The notes beneath the pieces are model-generated. The model ran no database searches, had not been told where the DNA came from, and saw only the letters and a list, made by a program, of their open reading frames with translations. Position numbers and translations under genes: made by a program. From the NCBI GenBank assembly GCA_002433235.1, contig DJHS01000153.1, positions 48,612 through 112,611 of the forward strand: a stretch of DNA of 64,000 nt. The letters are read 5' to 3'. This DNA comes from Verrucomicrobia bacterium UBA6614 (GTDB taxonomy: Bacteria; Verrucomicrobiota; Verrucomicrobiia; Limisphaerales; UBA1100). Numbering within the stretch: position 1 is the stretch's first letter; each line of letters starts with the position of its first letter. Shown here piece after piece: positions 50,277-59,138 of the stretch.

Positions 50277-51326
50277 GTGGGGGTGAACAAGGGTGGTGGT
50301 TTTTTATTCCTTGCGGGGGTGGGGTTGGTCCTGTGCGCGGCTTGTGGCCCGCCCAAGGCCGATTCGCCCAAGGTCAGCAAACGCGTCCAACTAGACAAAG
50401 GCATCAAGGCTCTTGAAGCCGGCAAGGCTGAGACTGCTCTCCAGTGGTTTAAGAAGGCGGCGCTTGAGTTGAAGCATACCGCGGGCAAGACCGAAACTGG
50501 CCGTTCCATCGGCGTCGACTACGGCATCCCGTACGAATTCCTGAAATTGGCCAACCCGGGCTTGGACTTGGAGCGCCTCCGCGGTGGCCAAGGGGTGACC
50601 ATTCCGGGCCATCCCGCCGCGCAGTTCAATCTCGGCGCACTCTACGAGGAAGGCAATGGCACCAAGCAAAACATGGACGAAGCCGCCAAGTGGTACCGCA
50701 AGGCTGCCGAAGCGGGCTTCACCCAGGCAGAATTCATGATGGGCTGGATGCACCGCGAAGGAATAGGCGTGAATAAGGATCCCATCCAGGCAGTGGACTG
50801 GTACACCCGGGCCGCAGCCAAGGGTCTGGAATCGGCGCTCTATAACTTGGGCACATTGCATGCGGAGGGAGACGACAAAGTGGAGCGCGACCTTGTGGCG
50901 GCATGGAAGTGGTTCACTCTGGCCAAGCGGAGGCATGCCGAAACCGCCCGGACGGGGATGGAACAACAGGCCAACCGGGAAATGCGTGATGGCAAACAGG
51001 ACATGGAAACTTGGAAACAAGCCGCACGCAACGTACTCCAGCGCGCCAACGCCGGCACCAACGGCGACGCCTTGGCCCTGAAAACCCAACTGCAAAAACT
51101 GCCCAGTGGGGAGAATGATGCGCGGGTGGAATATATCCGGATCCGTTCGGACACCCTTTTGGAGAAGCATTTTCTCGAGGACGATTCCTACAAGAACCTG
51201 CCCATGCTCAAGGCTTCACTGGAAAATCAAACCGGCACGCCCAATGGTGGCCCATCCGTGATCGCGGAGGCGGAGCGGCAAGCGGCCCTGTTTGAATTCA
51301 AGAAGGATCCTTGGGCCAACAGGTAA
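50277..51326 (+). CDS. Sel1-repeat lipoprotein with inserted LysM domain
   Basis: Lipobox CAAC; AQFNLG..Y..G.G, WYRKAAEAG repeats; LysM-like segment 50469-50606; GTG start uncertain. Confidence 0.8.
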   Translation: MGVNKGGGFLFLAGVGLVLCAACGPPKADSPKVSKRVQLDKGIKALEAGKAETALQWFKKAALELKHTAGKTETGRSIGVDYGIPYEFLKLANPGLDLERLRGGQGVTIPGHPAAQFNLGALYEEGNGTKQNMDEAAKWYRKAAEAGFTQAEFMMGWMHREGIGVNKDPIQAVDWYTRAAAKGLESALYNLGTLHAEGDDKVERDLVAAWKWFTLAKRRHAETARTGMEQQANREMRDGKQDMETWKQAARNVLQRANAGTNGDALALKTQLQKLPSGENDARVEYIRIRSDTLLEKHFLEDDSYKNLPMLKASLENQTGTPNGGPSVIAEAERQAALFEFKKDPWANR

Positions 51327-51342
51327 CACAACCTGAGCCCCC

Positions 51343-52416
51343 ATGCAAAATTGGTTTCACGAGATCTATGACCGGTTGACGGTGCTGGAGGAATGGGGCT
51401 GGTTCACTCTGGCCTTCAACGCGGTGGTCTTTGTCACCGCGCCCTGGCTCGCGGCGCGGTACGGGGAGATCAAGACGCAAGCCAGCAAGAACTCGCGGCT
51501 CCGCATGCTGCATGGCTTTAATTTCATCGTCTTTTCCGCGTTTCTTCTGGCCGTCATTTTCAAGGCACCCATCCCGCGGGCGGTGGAGTTCAGCCAAAGC
51601 CTTCTGCTGGTGCTGGCTACGTACCTACTCATTCACCTGACCGAGGCCCTGCTGCTGCACAAGTATGGAAGAGAGGTTTCCGTGGAGGATTTCACCCGGC
51701 GCGTGGAAACCCAGACCTCCAAGACGCTTGAGTTGGTGGCTGTCACGACCCTCCTGATCATCGCCTGTGTGGTGTTGATCAACATCTGGGGTTTCAAATC
51801 CTGGCTCGAGGCAACCAGCGTTCTGGGATTCATTGCGTTACTGTTTTTCCTTACGCGCGAGCACTGGGTGGGGGATTTCCTGAGCGGCATCATGATCATC
51901 AGCGCGGGCCGCATAGAACGCGGCGATGTCGTGCGTATTCCCGGCGAGAATATCCTGGGCATTGTGCTGCGAACACGGGGACTACACACGATCATCCGCG
52001 ACTTGGCAACGGGACACGACATCCAGCTACCCAACACCGCCATCCTGAACCAACGTGTGGATGTCTTGCGGACAGACCTAGAACGAGGCGTGCGCGACTA
52101 CGTGGAATTCAAGATCGGCTATCAAGCTACCGCCGACGAGGCTAGGGATTTTTTAACAGCCACTTGGAAGGCCGCGTGCGAACGCTCCACGGCCATTAAT
52201 GACGGGAAACCATGCAAGGTCACCCTCAAGGAATGTGGCGATCACGGCACAACGTGGCGGCTGGCCTACACCCCCGGTAATATTCACAACATCCTGCATT
52301 GTCAGGATACGATCCGTGAGGCCGCCCTCAGGCTGCAAACGAAACGCGAAACCATCTCCCTGAGCACACCCGTCACGCATCAGGAAATCAGGGAGTCTGC
52401 CACTAACGCTCCGTAA
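51343..52416 (+). CDS. MscS-family mechanosensitive channel
   Basis: TM helices, DFLSGIMI, GDVVRI, LPN, IGY. Confidence 0.8.
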   Translation: MQNWFHEIYDRLTVLEEWGWFTLAFNAVVFVTAPWLAARYGEIKTQASKNSRLRMLHGFNFIVFSAFLLAVIFKAPIPRAVEFSQSLLLVLATYLLIHLTEALLLHKYGREVSVEDFTRRVETQTSKTLELVAVTTLLIIACVVLINIWGFKSWLEATSVLGFIALLFFLTREHWVGDFLSGIMIISAGRIERGDVVRIPGENILGIVLRTRGLHTIIRDLATGHDIQLPNTAILNQRVDVLRTDLERGVRDYVEFKIGYQATADEARDFLTATWKAACERSTAINDGKPCKVTLKECGDHGTTWRLAYTPGNIHNILHCQDTIREAALRLQTKRETISLSTPVTHQEIRESATNAP

Positions 52417-53725
52417 CGTCGGCGGCTTGCCGCATCATTTTTTCCAGTTCCGCCTCGTAGAAGAAATTGTCTTCGCCGAAGGCAGGCACCAGATCATCCA
52501 GCCAACAGGCATGCGGATCGAACTTGGCAAAAAAGACGCGGTTAACCCAGTCAGGGTTGCGGCCTTGGAGAAACTTCATTACGAAGACCCGCTCTCCGGC
52601 AACCTCGGCAACGCCATCAACTAGCGCCTTGCCAGGCGTGGCGCTCATGCTGGGGCCGCGCACTGTTCGGGCCAAGCCGCTGACTTGGCGATAGGCACGC
52701 GTGAAAATGTTGTAGGCCCTCGCCAAGGGCACTTCGAAATAATTCCGTGCGCCGGTGTCGCGCTCAACAAACATGTAGTAGGGCACCGCGCCCAGTTGCA
52801 CCTGTTTGCGCCATAGGTCCGCCCAGATGTCCTGATGATCATTGACGTGCCGGATGAGCGGCGCTTGGCAACGCACGGTGGCGCCGGCGCCCAAGACACG
52901 GCTGATGGCCTGGCGGGCGGGCGCTGGCTCCAGTTCCCGTGGATGGCTGCTGTGGGCCATGAGGGCAAAGTTCTTGTCTGCGGCTCGGACCTGCTCGACA
53001 AGGCGCAGGAAATCATCAGCGTCCTCTCCCTCGGTAAAGCGGTAGGGCCAGTAGGCCAGCGCCTTGGTCCCCACGCGGATGCTGTCCAAGTGGGGGATGT
53101 CCAGTAGAGGTTCGATGTATTGGCGGAGAAATTTTGTCTTCATCACCATGGGATCGCCACCGGTGATGAGCACGCTGCTGATCTGGGGGTTGTCGCGGAC
53201 ATACTGCACCAACTGGCCGGCCTCCCGACTGGCAAACTTCAGATCCACGTCACCGATGAATTGCGCCCAGCGGAAACAATAGGTGCAGTAAGCGTGGCAG
53301 GTTTGACCCTGCGAAGGGAAGAAGAGAACCGTCTCGTTGTACTTGTGCTGCATGCCCTCCAAGGTGCCGCCGCCAAAGCGAGGCTTGTTCAAATCCATCT
53401 GACCCGCGGGATGAGGATTGAGCTTGGCGCGAATCTCGCCGGCGGCCAGACGAATCTCTGCAACCGGGGCATCACCCGTGATTAGCTCGCGCATGCGGCC
53501 AACATCCTCCTTCTCCAGCATGCCACGCTGAGGAAAGGTCAGCTGAAAAATGGGATCCAGCGGGAGATTATCACGATCAATCAAATGCTCGATGACATAG
53601 TCGTTGACCTTGAAGGGCAAAACGGCACTGACCGCCTGCATGTCGATGACCTGCTCTTTGGAAAGATCCAGCATCCGGGCCACCCGGGGCAGGTCGTTGC
53701 TTGTGTTCACTCTGTATTCCGCCAT
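52403..53725 (-). CDS. KamA-family radical SAM enzyme (lysine 2,3-aminomutase-like)
   Basis: GMQHKY, CHAYCTYC, TGGDP, RVGTK, QAPL, PYYMF. Confidence 0.88.
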   Translation of the reverse strand: MAEYRVNTSNDLPRVARMLDLSKEQVIDMQAVSAVLPFKVNDYVIEHLIDRDNLPLDPIFQLTFPQRGMLEKEDVGRMRELITGDAPVAEIRLAAGEIRAKLNPHPAGQMDLNKPRFGGGTLEGMQHKYNETVLFFPSQGQTCHAYCTYCFRWAQFIGDVDLKFASREAGQLVQYVRDNPQISSVLITGGDPMVMKTKFLRQYIEPLLDIPHLDSIRVGTKALAYWPYRFTEGEDADDFLRLVEQVRAADKNFALMAHSSHPRELEPAPARQAISRVLGAGATVRCQAPLIRHVNDHQDIWADLWRKQVQLGAVPYYMFVERDTGARNYFEVPLARAYNIFTRAYRQVSGLARTVRGPSMSATPGKALVDGVAEVAGERVFVMKFLQGRNPDWVNRVFFAKFDPHACWLDDLVPAFGEDNFFYEAELEKMMRQAADVTER

Positions 53726-53809
53726 TTGTCCCTTGGTTGGGTGAAAAAGTTCCTTCTATGAGCACCATCCCACGCGGGTTGCGTTGCACGCGGGGATGCG
53801 GTGGAGCGA

Positions 53810-53838
53810 ATTATGACCAAAAACCGCCGCGCCGCCAA
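53810..53838 (-). promoter_or_regulatory. sigma70 promoter of the KamA-like gene
   Basis: TTGGCG-17 nt-CATAAT, followed by a hairpin-containing leader. Confidence 0.55.
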
Positions 53839-53928
53839 GGGTGTTCCCTCGCATTTCACCCATCGAAAATCAGGCATTGCGTATTCGCCACAGGCCGCGA
53901 TACGCTCACGCCGCCCCAAAATTCGACC

Positions 53929-54705
53929 ATGAAAAATACGTGCGCCATCTTGTTTCTCGTCTACACCACGGCCTGTGGCTCGGCGTGGAAGCCGCTTTTT
54001 AACGGCAATGATTTGACCGGCTGGAAGGAGACCGACTATGCCGGCCGCGGCAGTGTGGAGGTGAAGAATGGCGAGCTGCACATCAACAGCGGCGAAATTC
54101 TCACGGGCATCACGTGGAAGGACAAGGCAAGCCTGCCCAAGACCAACTATGAGATTGAGTATGAGGCCAAGAAGATTGATGGCTCGGACTTTTTTGCACT
54201 GCTGACCTTCCCCGTGGACGAAAAACACGCATCGTTGGTGACGGGCGGCTGGGGCGGCGCGGTGACAGGCATCAGCAGCATCAATGGCATGGACGCCTCG
54301 GAAAATGACACCACGCTGTACATCAAGTATGAGAAGGGGATCTGGTACAAGTTCCGCGTCAAGGTTACGCCCAAGCTTGTCACGGTGACACTGGATCCCC
54401 ACGAACGGCTAATCCTGCGCAAGGATACGCCGGATGGGGTGATCGCGGAATTTGCCAAGGCGGCTGGGATTGACGCAGCGAAAGCAGAAACCGCTCTGCG
54501 GAAATTGAATCCGGAATTTGACGAGCTAATGAAGCCGGGCAAAACGATTATCGTGCCGGGCGAGAAAAAGGTGATCGAAGCCGACATTCACGAGAAGGAG
54601 GTTTCCATGCGTCCGGGTGAAATCGAGTTTTCCGCCCCGCTAGGATTCGCCACGTTCCAGACCAGCGGAGCAATCCGGAATGTGCGGCTGCGCAGGTTGA
54701 AATAG
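53929..54705 (+). CDS. DUF1080 (3-keto-disaccharide hydrolase-like) protein with internal insert
   Basis: WKPLFNGNDLTGW, GSDFF, GGWGG..TGISSING.DASEN, PLGFATF. Confidence 0.85.
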   Translation: MKNTCAILFLVYTTACGSAWKPLFNGNDLTGWKETDYAGRGSVEVKNGELHINSGEILTGITWKDKASLPKTNYEIEYEAKKIDGSDFFALLTFPVDEKHASLVTGGWGGAVTGISSINGMDASENDTTLYIKYEKGIWYKFRVKVTPKLVTVTLDPHERLILRKDTPDGVIAEFAKAAGIDAAKAETALRKLNPEFDELMKPGKTIIVPGEKKVIEADIHEKEVSMRPGEIEFSAPLGFATFQTSGAIRNVRLRRLK

Positions 54706-54758
54706 GCTTGTTTTTCAGCGCATTCAGGCACACGGGGAATACCGTTTTCTCTGTTTTT

Positions 54759-54787
54759 TTGACAAAAAGTTGGTGATCAAGCATACT
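54759..54787 (+). promoter_or_regulatory. sigma70 promoter, leaderless-type
   Basis: TTGACA-17 nt-CATACT, 6 nt before ATG 54794. Confidence 0.65.
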
Positions 54788-54793
54788 CCGTCC

Positions 54794-55711
54794 ATGTACA
54801 CCCTCAGAGTTGCTCGGAGGCGCCGCGCGTTTACGTTGATTGAGTTGTTAGTGACGATCGCCATCATTGGAATTTTGGCGGCCATCCTATTGCCGACCTT
54901 GGGCAAGGCACGAATCCACGCGAGAGGTTCCAAGTGCTCCAACAATCTGCGTAATGTTGCCGCCGGCTGGCAAATGTACGCCGACGAGAATGAAGACGTA
55001 ATGCTTCCCGGCCGTTTTGCCAAGGAACCGGGTGGCAAGGCCAACCCCAAGAATCATTACAAGCTTCGGAACGGGATGAAATATCGTCCGCGCTGGATCG
55101 CCTACATGGGCATCTATGTAGGGGCCGATGCATTTTCCAGTCCGCGGACAGACAGCGACCGTCAGGATTACGACAACCAAGTTTTCCTGAATCCGCTGCG
55201 GGACTACTGGACGGATGAGCGCAACGGTGCCTTCGGCTACAATCTCCAGTTCCTCGGCAACGCGCGCAAAACCAATGGGAAGTTCCATAACTACCCGGTG
55301 CGCACCGGCAAACTGAGCCATTTCTCCGACACGGTCATGGGCGCGACCAGCTTGGGCACCTCCGCTGGATTTGCGGAGAAAGACCGCAAGGAATACAACA
55401 ACAACGGCAAAGGCTATGACGAGTGGGGCAACCACGGATGGTCGCTTGACCCACCACGGCTGACGGCCGAGTCTGACCGCGGCACCGGTGACGCGGGAAG
55501 CCCGCGCACGGCTGTGGATGCCTGCTACTTTGACAAGGCGATCGTGGCGTTTCTGGATGGCCACGTGGCCAGCAAGACCCCCGAGGAATTGGGCTACGTG
55601 ACGTTGCCGGATGGAAAATTCGTGGACTTGGAAAACTCGGCCGTGAAACCATCCAACCGCTATTTCAGCGGACGGGGCAAGGACTTCGATCCTCCCGCGT
55701 TGCCGAAATAA
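54794..55711 (+). CDS. Prepilin-type N-methylation domain protein (H-X9-DG-like family)
   Basis: RAFTLIELLVTIAIIGILAAILLP, C.NNLR, AFLDGHV. Confidence 0.88.
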   Translation: MYTLRVARRRRAFTLIELLVTIAIIGILAAILLPTLGKARIHARGSKCSNNLRNVAAGWQMYADENEDVMLPGRFAKEPGGKANPKNHYKLRNGMKYRPRWIAYMGIYVGADAFSSPRTDSDRQDYDNQVFLNPLRDYWTDERNGAFGYNLQFLGNARKTNGKFHNYPVRTGKLSHFSDTVMGATSLGTSAGFAEKDRKEYNNNGKGYDEWGNHGWSLDPPRLTAESDRGTGDAGSPRTAVDACYFDKAIVAFLDGHVASKTPEELGYVTLPDGKFVDLENSAVKPSNRYFSGRGKDFDPPALPK

Positions 55712-55780
55712 CAGTGCCTGACGACGCCACCTCGTGAATCCAACTTGACCCAGCGAAAGGACTGGGACAGGTTGCAGGGC

Positions 55781-57730
55781 ATGAAGCCAAAGGGGCTAAT
55801 GGTTGTCTTGGCCTTGGTTTTGGCGGGAGGCATCTGGCAGTTGATGTTCTCTCCGAGGGGGTCGCGTGCATCCGCGCATCATTGGTTTGATTCAAACAAC
55901 CCAAGCCATCAGGCGATAGAAGCTGAAATTCGCGCCCGCCTCAATCAACCGGACGGCCAACTCATCGAGGGCGACTTACGGAAACTGGACCGGTTGCATC
56001 TCCGCAACCGGCAGATATCAGACCTGAAACCCTTGGGGCAACTAACAGGCTTAAAAAGACTGAATCTCCACGGCAACGAGGTCACTCGGTTGGACGCCTT
56101 GACCAAGCTGCGGCACTTGGAATTCCTGAATTTGGACGGCAACCAGATTTCCGACCTGACCCCTTTGGGCCAACTCAGCAATCTCCGGCACCTCCATCTC
56201 GAGGGCAACTTGGTCACCAGCCTCAAGCCCCTGAAAAACCTGCCCCGATTGGAACAGGTGGACCTGAACAACAACCCCAACCTTACCCGAGAGGAAATAG
56301 ACCGGCTATCCCGCGCGCTCCCCGATTGCCGCATTGGCCATAACAACAAACCAACCACCGTTCAATCCACCCGAACCCTGGAAACCGCCATTCGCCAATC
56401 CGCGGGAGGCTCAACCCGGGCTGGACGCGAAACACTGGAAGTGTTTCATCTCAACAACGGGCAAGTCGCCTCCCTTGAACCCATCGCCCAATTGAAGGGT
56501 TTGAAAGAACTACATCTCCGCGACAATCGTGTGGCAGACCTGAAGCCACTGTCTGCCTTGGTTCATCTGGAAAGACTTTCCCTTGAAGAAAATCAGGTTG
56601 CCAATTTGAAGCCCTTGGCTCACCTGAAAAAGCTGGAGGGACTTTGGCTGTCCAAAAACCAGATCCGCGATCTCGGCCCGATTTCGGGGCTAACCCGGCT
56701 CGCTTATCTGGATCTCGCTTACAATCACATCCTCGACACGAAATACCTCTCTGAACTGAGCCAGCTCAAGGGCCTGTATCTGGAAGGCAACCGAATCACC
56801 CATCTGGACGGCCTAACAAACTTAAAGGAGTTGAGGTTTTTAAGCCTAGACGACAATCAAATTTCTAATCTAACCCAATTGGCCGAGCTGAATGCTTTAA
56901 AGAAACTGGAACTGCACAACAATCACGTTGAAGACATCGCTCCCTTGACGAACCTGACTGACTTGGAAGAATTGACATTGCACAACAACCGCGTTTCAAG
57001 CTTAGCCAATCTGGAGGAACTGCAGGAACTCAGAATCCTGACCGTCCAGGACAACCTGCTGGAAAACCTTGCCGGCATCGAGAGCCTAACCGCCCTGCAG
57101 CGTTTGAACCTTCAGAACAACTCAGTAATCAGCCTGAAAGGACTGGGAAACCTCACGCAATTGGCGGAATTGAATCTGGCCAATAATCAGGTCGAGAAAC
57201 TCCATCCGCTGGCCGAAATGGCAAATTTGGAAGTTTTGGATCTAAATGGCAACCAAGTCGCTGACCTCCTGCCCATGGAAGGACTCACAGCGCTGCGAAA
57301 ATTCTGGGCCAACGGAAACCGCATCGAAAAACTTCAGGGGCTGGAAGGCCTTGTCAATCTGGAGTGGTTGAGTCTGGATGACAACCAAATCTTAAGCCTT
57401 CAACCCCTCATCGGCCTGACAAACCTTAAACGACTACACTTGGAACGCAACGGCATCACCGACCTGACGCCCTTGGCCGCATTAACCAGTTTGAAAGGGT
57501 TGAGCCTCTCGGGCAACCCGGCAACCAACCTGTCCGCCATTCAAAAGTTGACTCAACTGGACTGGCTGTTTCTCAACAACTGCGAAGTGAATGATTTGAG
57601 CCCGCTGATGACGATGACAAACCTCAAGATCCTTTGGCTGGAAAACAATCCAAGCCTGACAAGCTCCGACATCAAGAACCTCCAACGCGCGCTGCCAAAC
57701 TGCCGCATTCACCACAACACAGGGAAGTGA
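55781..57730 (+). CDS. Internalin-like leucine-rich-repeat protein
   Basis: N-terminal TM/signal; more than 20 22-aa LxxLxLxxNxIxDLxPL repeats in two capped blocks. Confidence 0.92.
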   Translation: MKPKGLMVVLALVLAGGIWQLMFSPRGSRASAHHWFDSNNPSHQAIEAEIRARLNQPDGQLIEGDLRKLDRLHLRNRQISDLKPLGQLTGLKRLNLHGNEVTRLDALTKLRHLEFLNLDGNQISDLTPLGQLSNLRHLHLEGNLVTSLKPLKNLPRLEQVDLNNNPNLTREEIDRLSRALPDCRIGHNNKPTTVQSTRTLETAIRQSAGGSTRAGRETLEVFHLNNGQVASLEPIAQLKGLKELHLRDNRVADLKPLSALVHLERLSLEENQVANLKPLAHLKKLEGLWLSKNQIRDLGPISGLTRLAYLDLAYNHILDTKYLSELSQLKGLYLEGNRITHLDGLTNLKELRFLSLDDNQISNLTQLAELNALKKLELHNNHVEDIAPLTNLTDLEELTLHNNRVSSLANLEELQELRILTVQDNLLENLAGIESLTALQRLNLQNNSVISLKGLGNLTQLAELNLANNQVEKLHPLAEMANLEVLDLNGNQVADLLPMEGLTALRKFWANGNRIEKLQGLEGLVNLEWLSLDDNQILSLQPLIGLTNLKRLHLERNGITDLTPLAALTSLKGLSLSGNPATNLSAIQKLTQLDWLFLNNCEVNDLSPLMTMTNLKILWLENNPSLTSSDIKNLQRALPNCRIHHNTGK

Positions 57731-57752
57731 TCCCCGGCTCGCTGCGCTGCTA

Positions 57753-58994
57753 CTACTTGCCCCGCTCCGGCTGGCTCACAACCTCCAGGGGCACATCGTG
57801 ATCACCGCCGCGTGAACTGGCATGTTTCTTCACCCGATCCTGCAGTTCTACATCGTTGATCTGCTCGGCACTCCCACCCGCCATAAGGATGTTCCCCTCG
57901 TTGCTATCCAGCCCCATCATCACCAGGTTTCGATATACGCTGCGCGTGTTTTCCGTGGCCACGTTTCTGGATTGGCAGCCCTTGTGGTCGGGCGTGTGCT
58001 TGACCCATGGGCTCGTGTATCCCCCCCAATATTTCGCGTCCAAGCTCTGCTTGTAAATCTCCGGGCCAATGTAGCTGACTCCCTTGATGCCGGGGGCAAA
58101 GCTGCGGCCGATGTGCCCGGCGCAAAGATACTGGTCAGACCACCAATGGCTCCGATAACTCGTGGTCTGCGGACTGAAGTGATAAATCACCTGCCCACTC
58201 GTCCCCGGCTTGTCCAGCTTGACCACCGAGTGCTCGATATTGCTGAGCCGGCGCGCCGTATTTAAATCCGGGAAAGTTTGCGGCGGGTCATACTGGCCAT
58301 CGCCATCCAAATCGTAGGGTTGGACCGGGTGCGGACTAATACCCGTGGCGGGCCCACAGGTTCCGCCCACCCAGTTTTTGGTCAGGGCCAGAATGGAGTT
58401 CGCCTTGTTGACATCACCTCCGCGGTGAATCGCATAGCTCATGGCTTTCCGGTTGACCACATTGTCAGTGCCAAACATACCGCCGGTCTTATACTGATAG
58501 GACTCCACCCGCTGCACACTGCTGCTGTGGGAGTCCACCGGCTTGCCACTGGAATCCAAATACAACTTCCCGCTCTTGGTCTTGGTTTCCGCCTCGCCGC
58601 GCACTTCATCCTGATTGGCCTTTTTAACACCTGGATCGCTGGGCGAAGCCAATATCTTGGCCGTCTTTAGGTCAGTCGCCCCCCACATGCGCTGAATATC
58701 ATGCGACCAGCCCCAATGAGAGTTGTGCGTATCGCCGGAATCACTGCGCGGCATGTTGTCGTAAATCCTAGCAGCATCATAGTGGGTCAGAAACCAAGCA
58801 AAGTTGCCCTCGTCAGCCGCAAAACTATTCCATGCCGTGCCGATGCTGCGAAGATTGGTAATGCACCGCACGCGGTTGGCTTTCTTGCGCGCCTTGGCCA
58901 ACGCCGGCATGAGAATGGAGGCGAGGATGCCGATGATGGCCACCACCACCAGCAGTTCAATGAGGGTGAACCCGCGTCTGTTTCTAATTCCCAT
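57753..58994 (-). CDS. Prepilin-type N-methylation domain protein with large variable region
   Basis: RGFTLIELLVVVAIIGILASILMP, CITNLR, GNILMAGGS; start 58994 fits the sigma54 site. Confidence 0.85.
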   Translation of the reverse strand: MGIRNRRGFTLIELLVVVAIIGILASILMPALAKARKKANRVRCITNLRSIGTAWNSFAADEGNFAWFLTHYDAARIYDNMPRSDSGDTHNSHWGWSHDIQRMWGATDLKTAKILASPSDPGVKKANQDEVRGEAETKTKSGKLYLDSSGKPVDSHSSSVQRVESYQYKTGGMFGTDNVVNRKAMSYAIHRGGDVNKANSILALTKNWVGGTCGPATGISPHPVQPYDLDGDGQYDPPQTFPDLNTARRLSNIEHSVVKLDKPGTSGQVIYHFSPQTTSYRSHWWSDQYLCAGHIGRSFAPGIKGVSYIGPEIYKQSLDAKYWGGYTSPWVKHTPDHKGCQSRNVATENTRSVYRNLVMMGLDSNEGNILMAGGSAEQINDVELQDRVKKHASSRGGDHDVPLEVVSQPERGK

Positions 58995-59012
58995 GCCTTG
59001 TCCCATCCTGTG

Positions 59013-59028
59013 AGCAAAATTCATGCCG
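59013..59028 (-). promoter_or_regulatory. Putative sigma54 (-24/-12) promoter
   Basis: CGGCAT-GAATT-TTGCT (GG-N10-GC), downstream of an A/T-tract region. Confidence 0.6.
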
Positions 59029-59138
59029 CAAAAAAATAGAAAAAAAGTACATTTTTTGGCATATTTTTCAATCTCGTCCGAATTTTTCACGGAAATCCCA
59101 CGCAAATAGCGTCTGGGGCACACAAACAGCCACCGCCA

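Noticed and set aside
54733-54760. Terminator after the DUF1080 gene
   Set aside because: Stem is only about 4 bp, and the T-run overlaps the next promoter's -35
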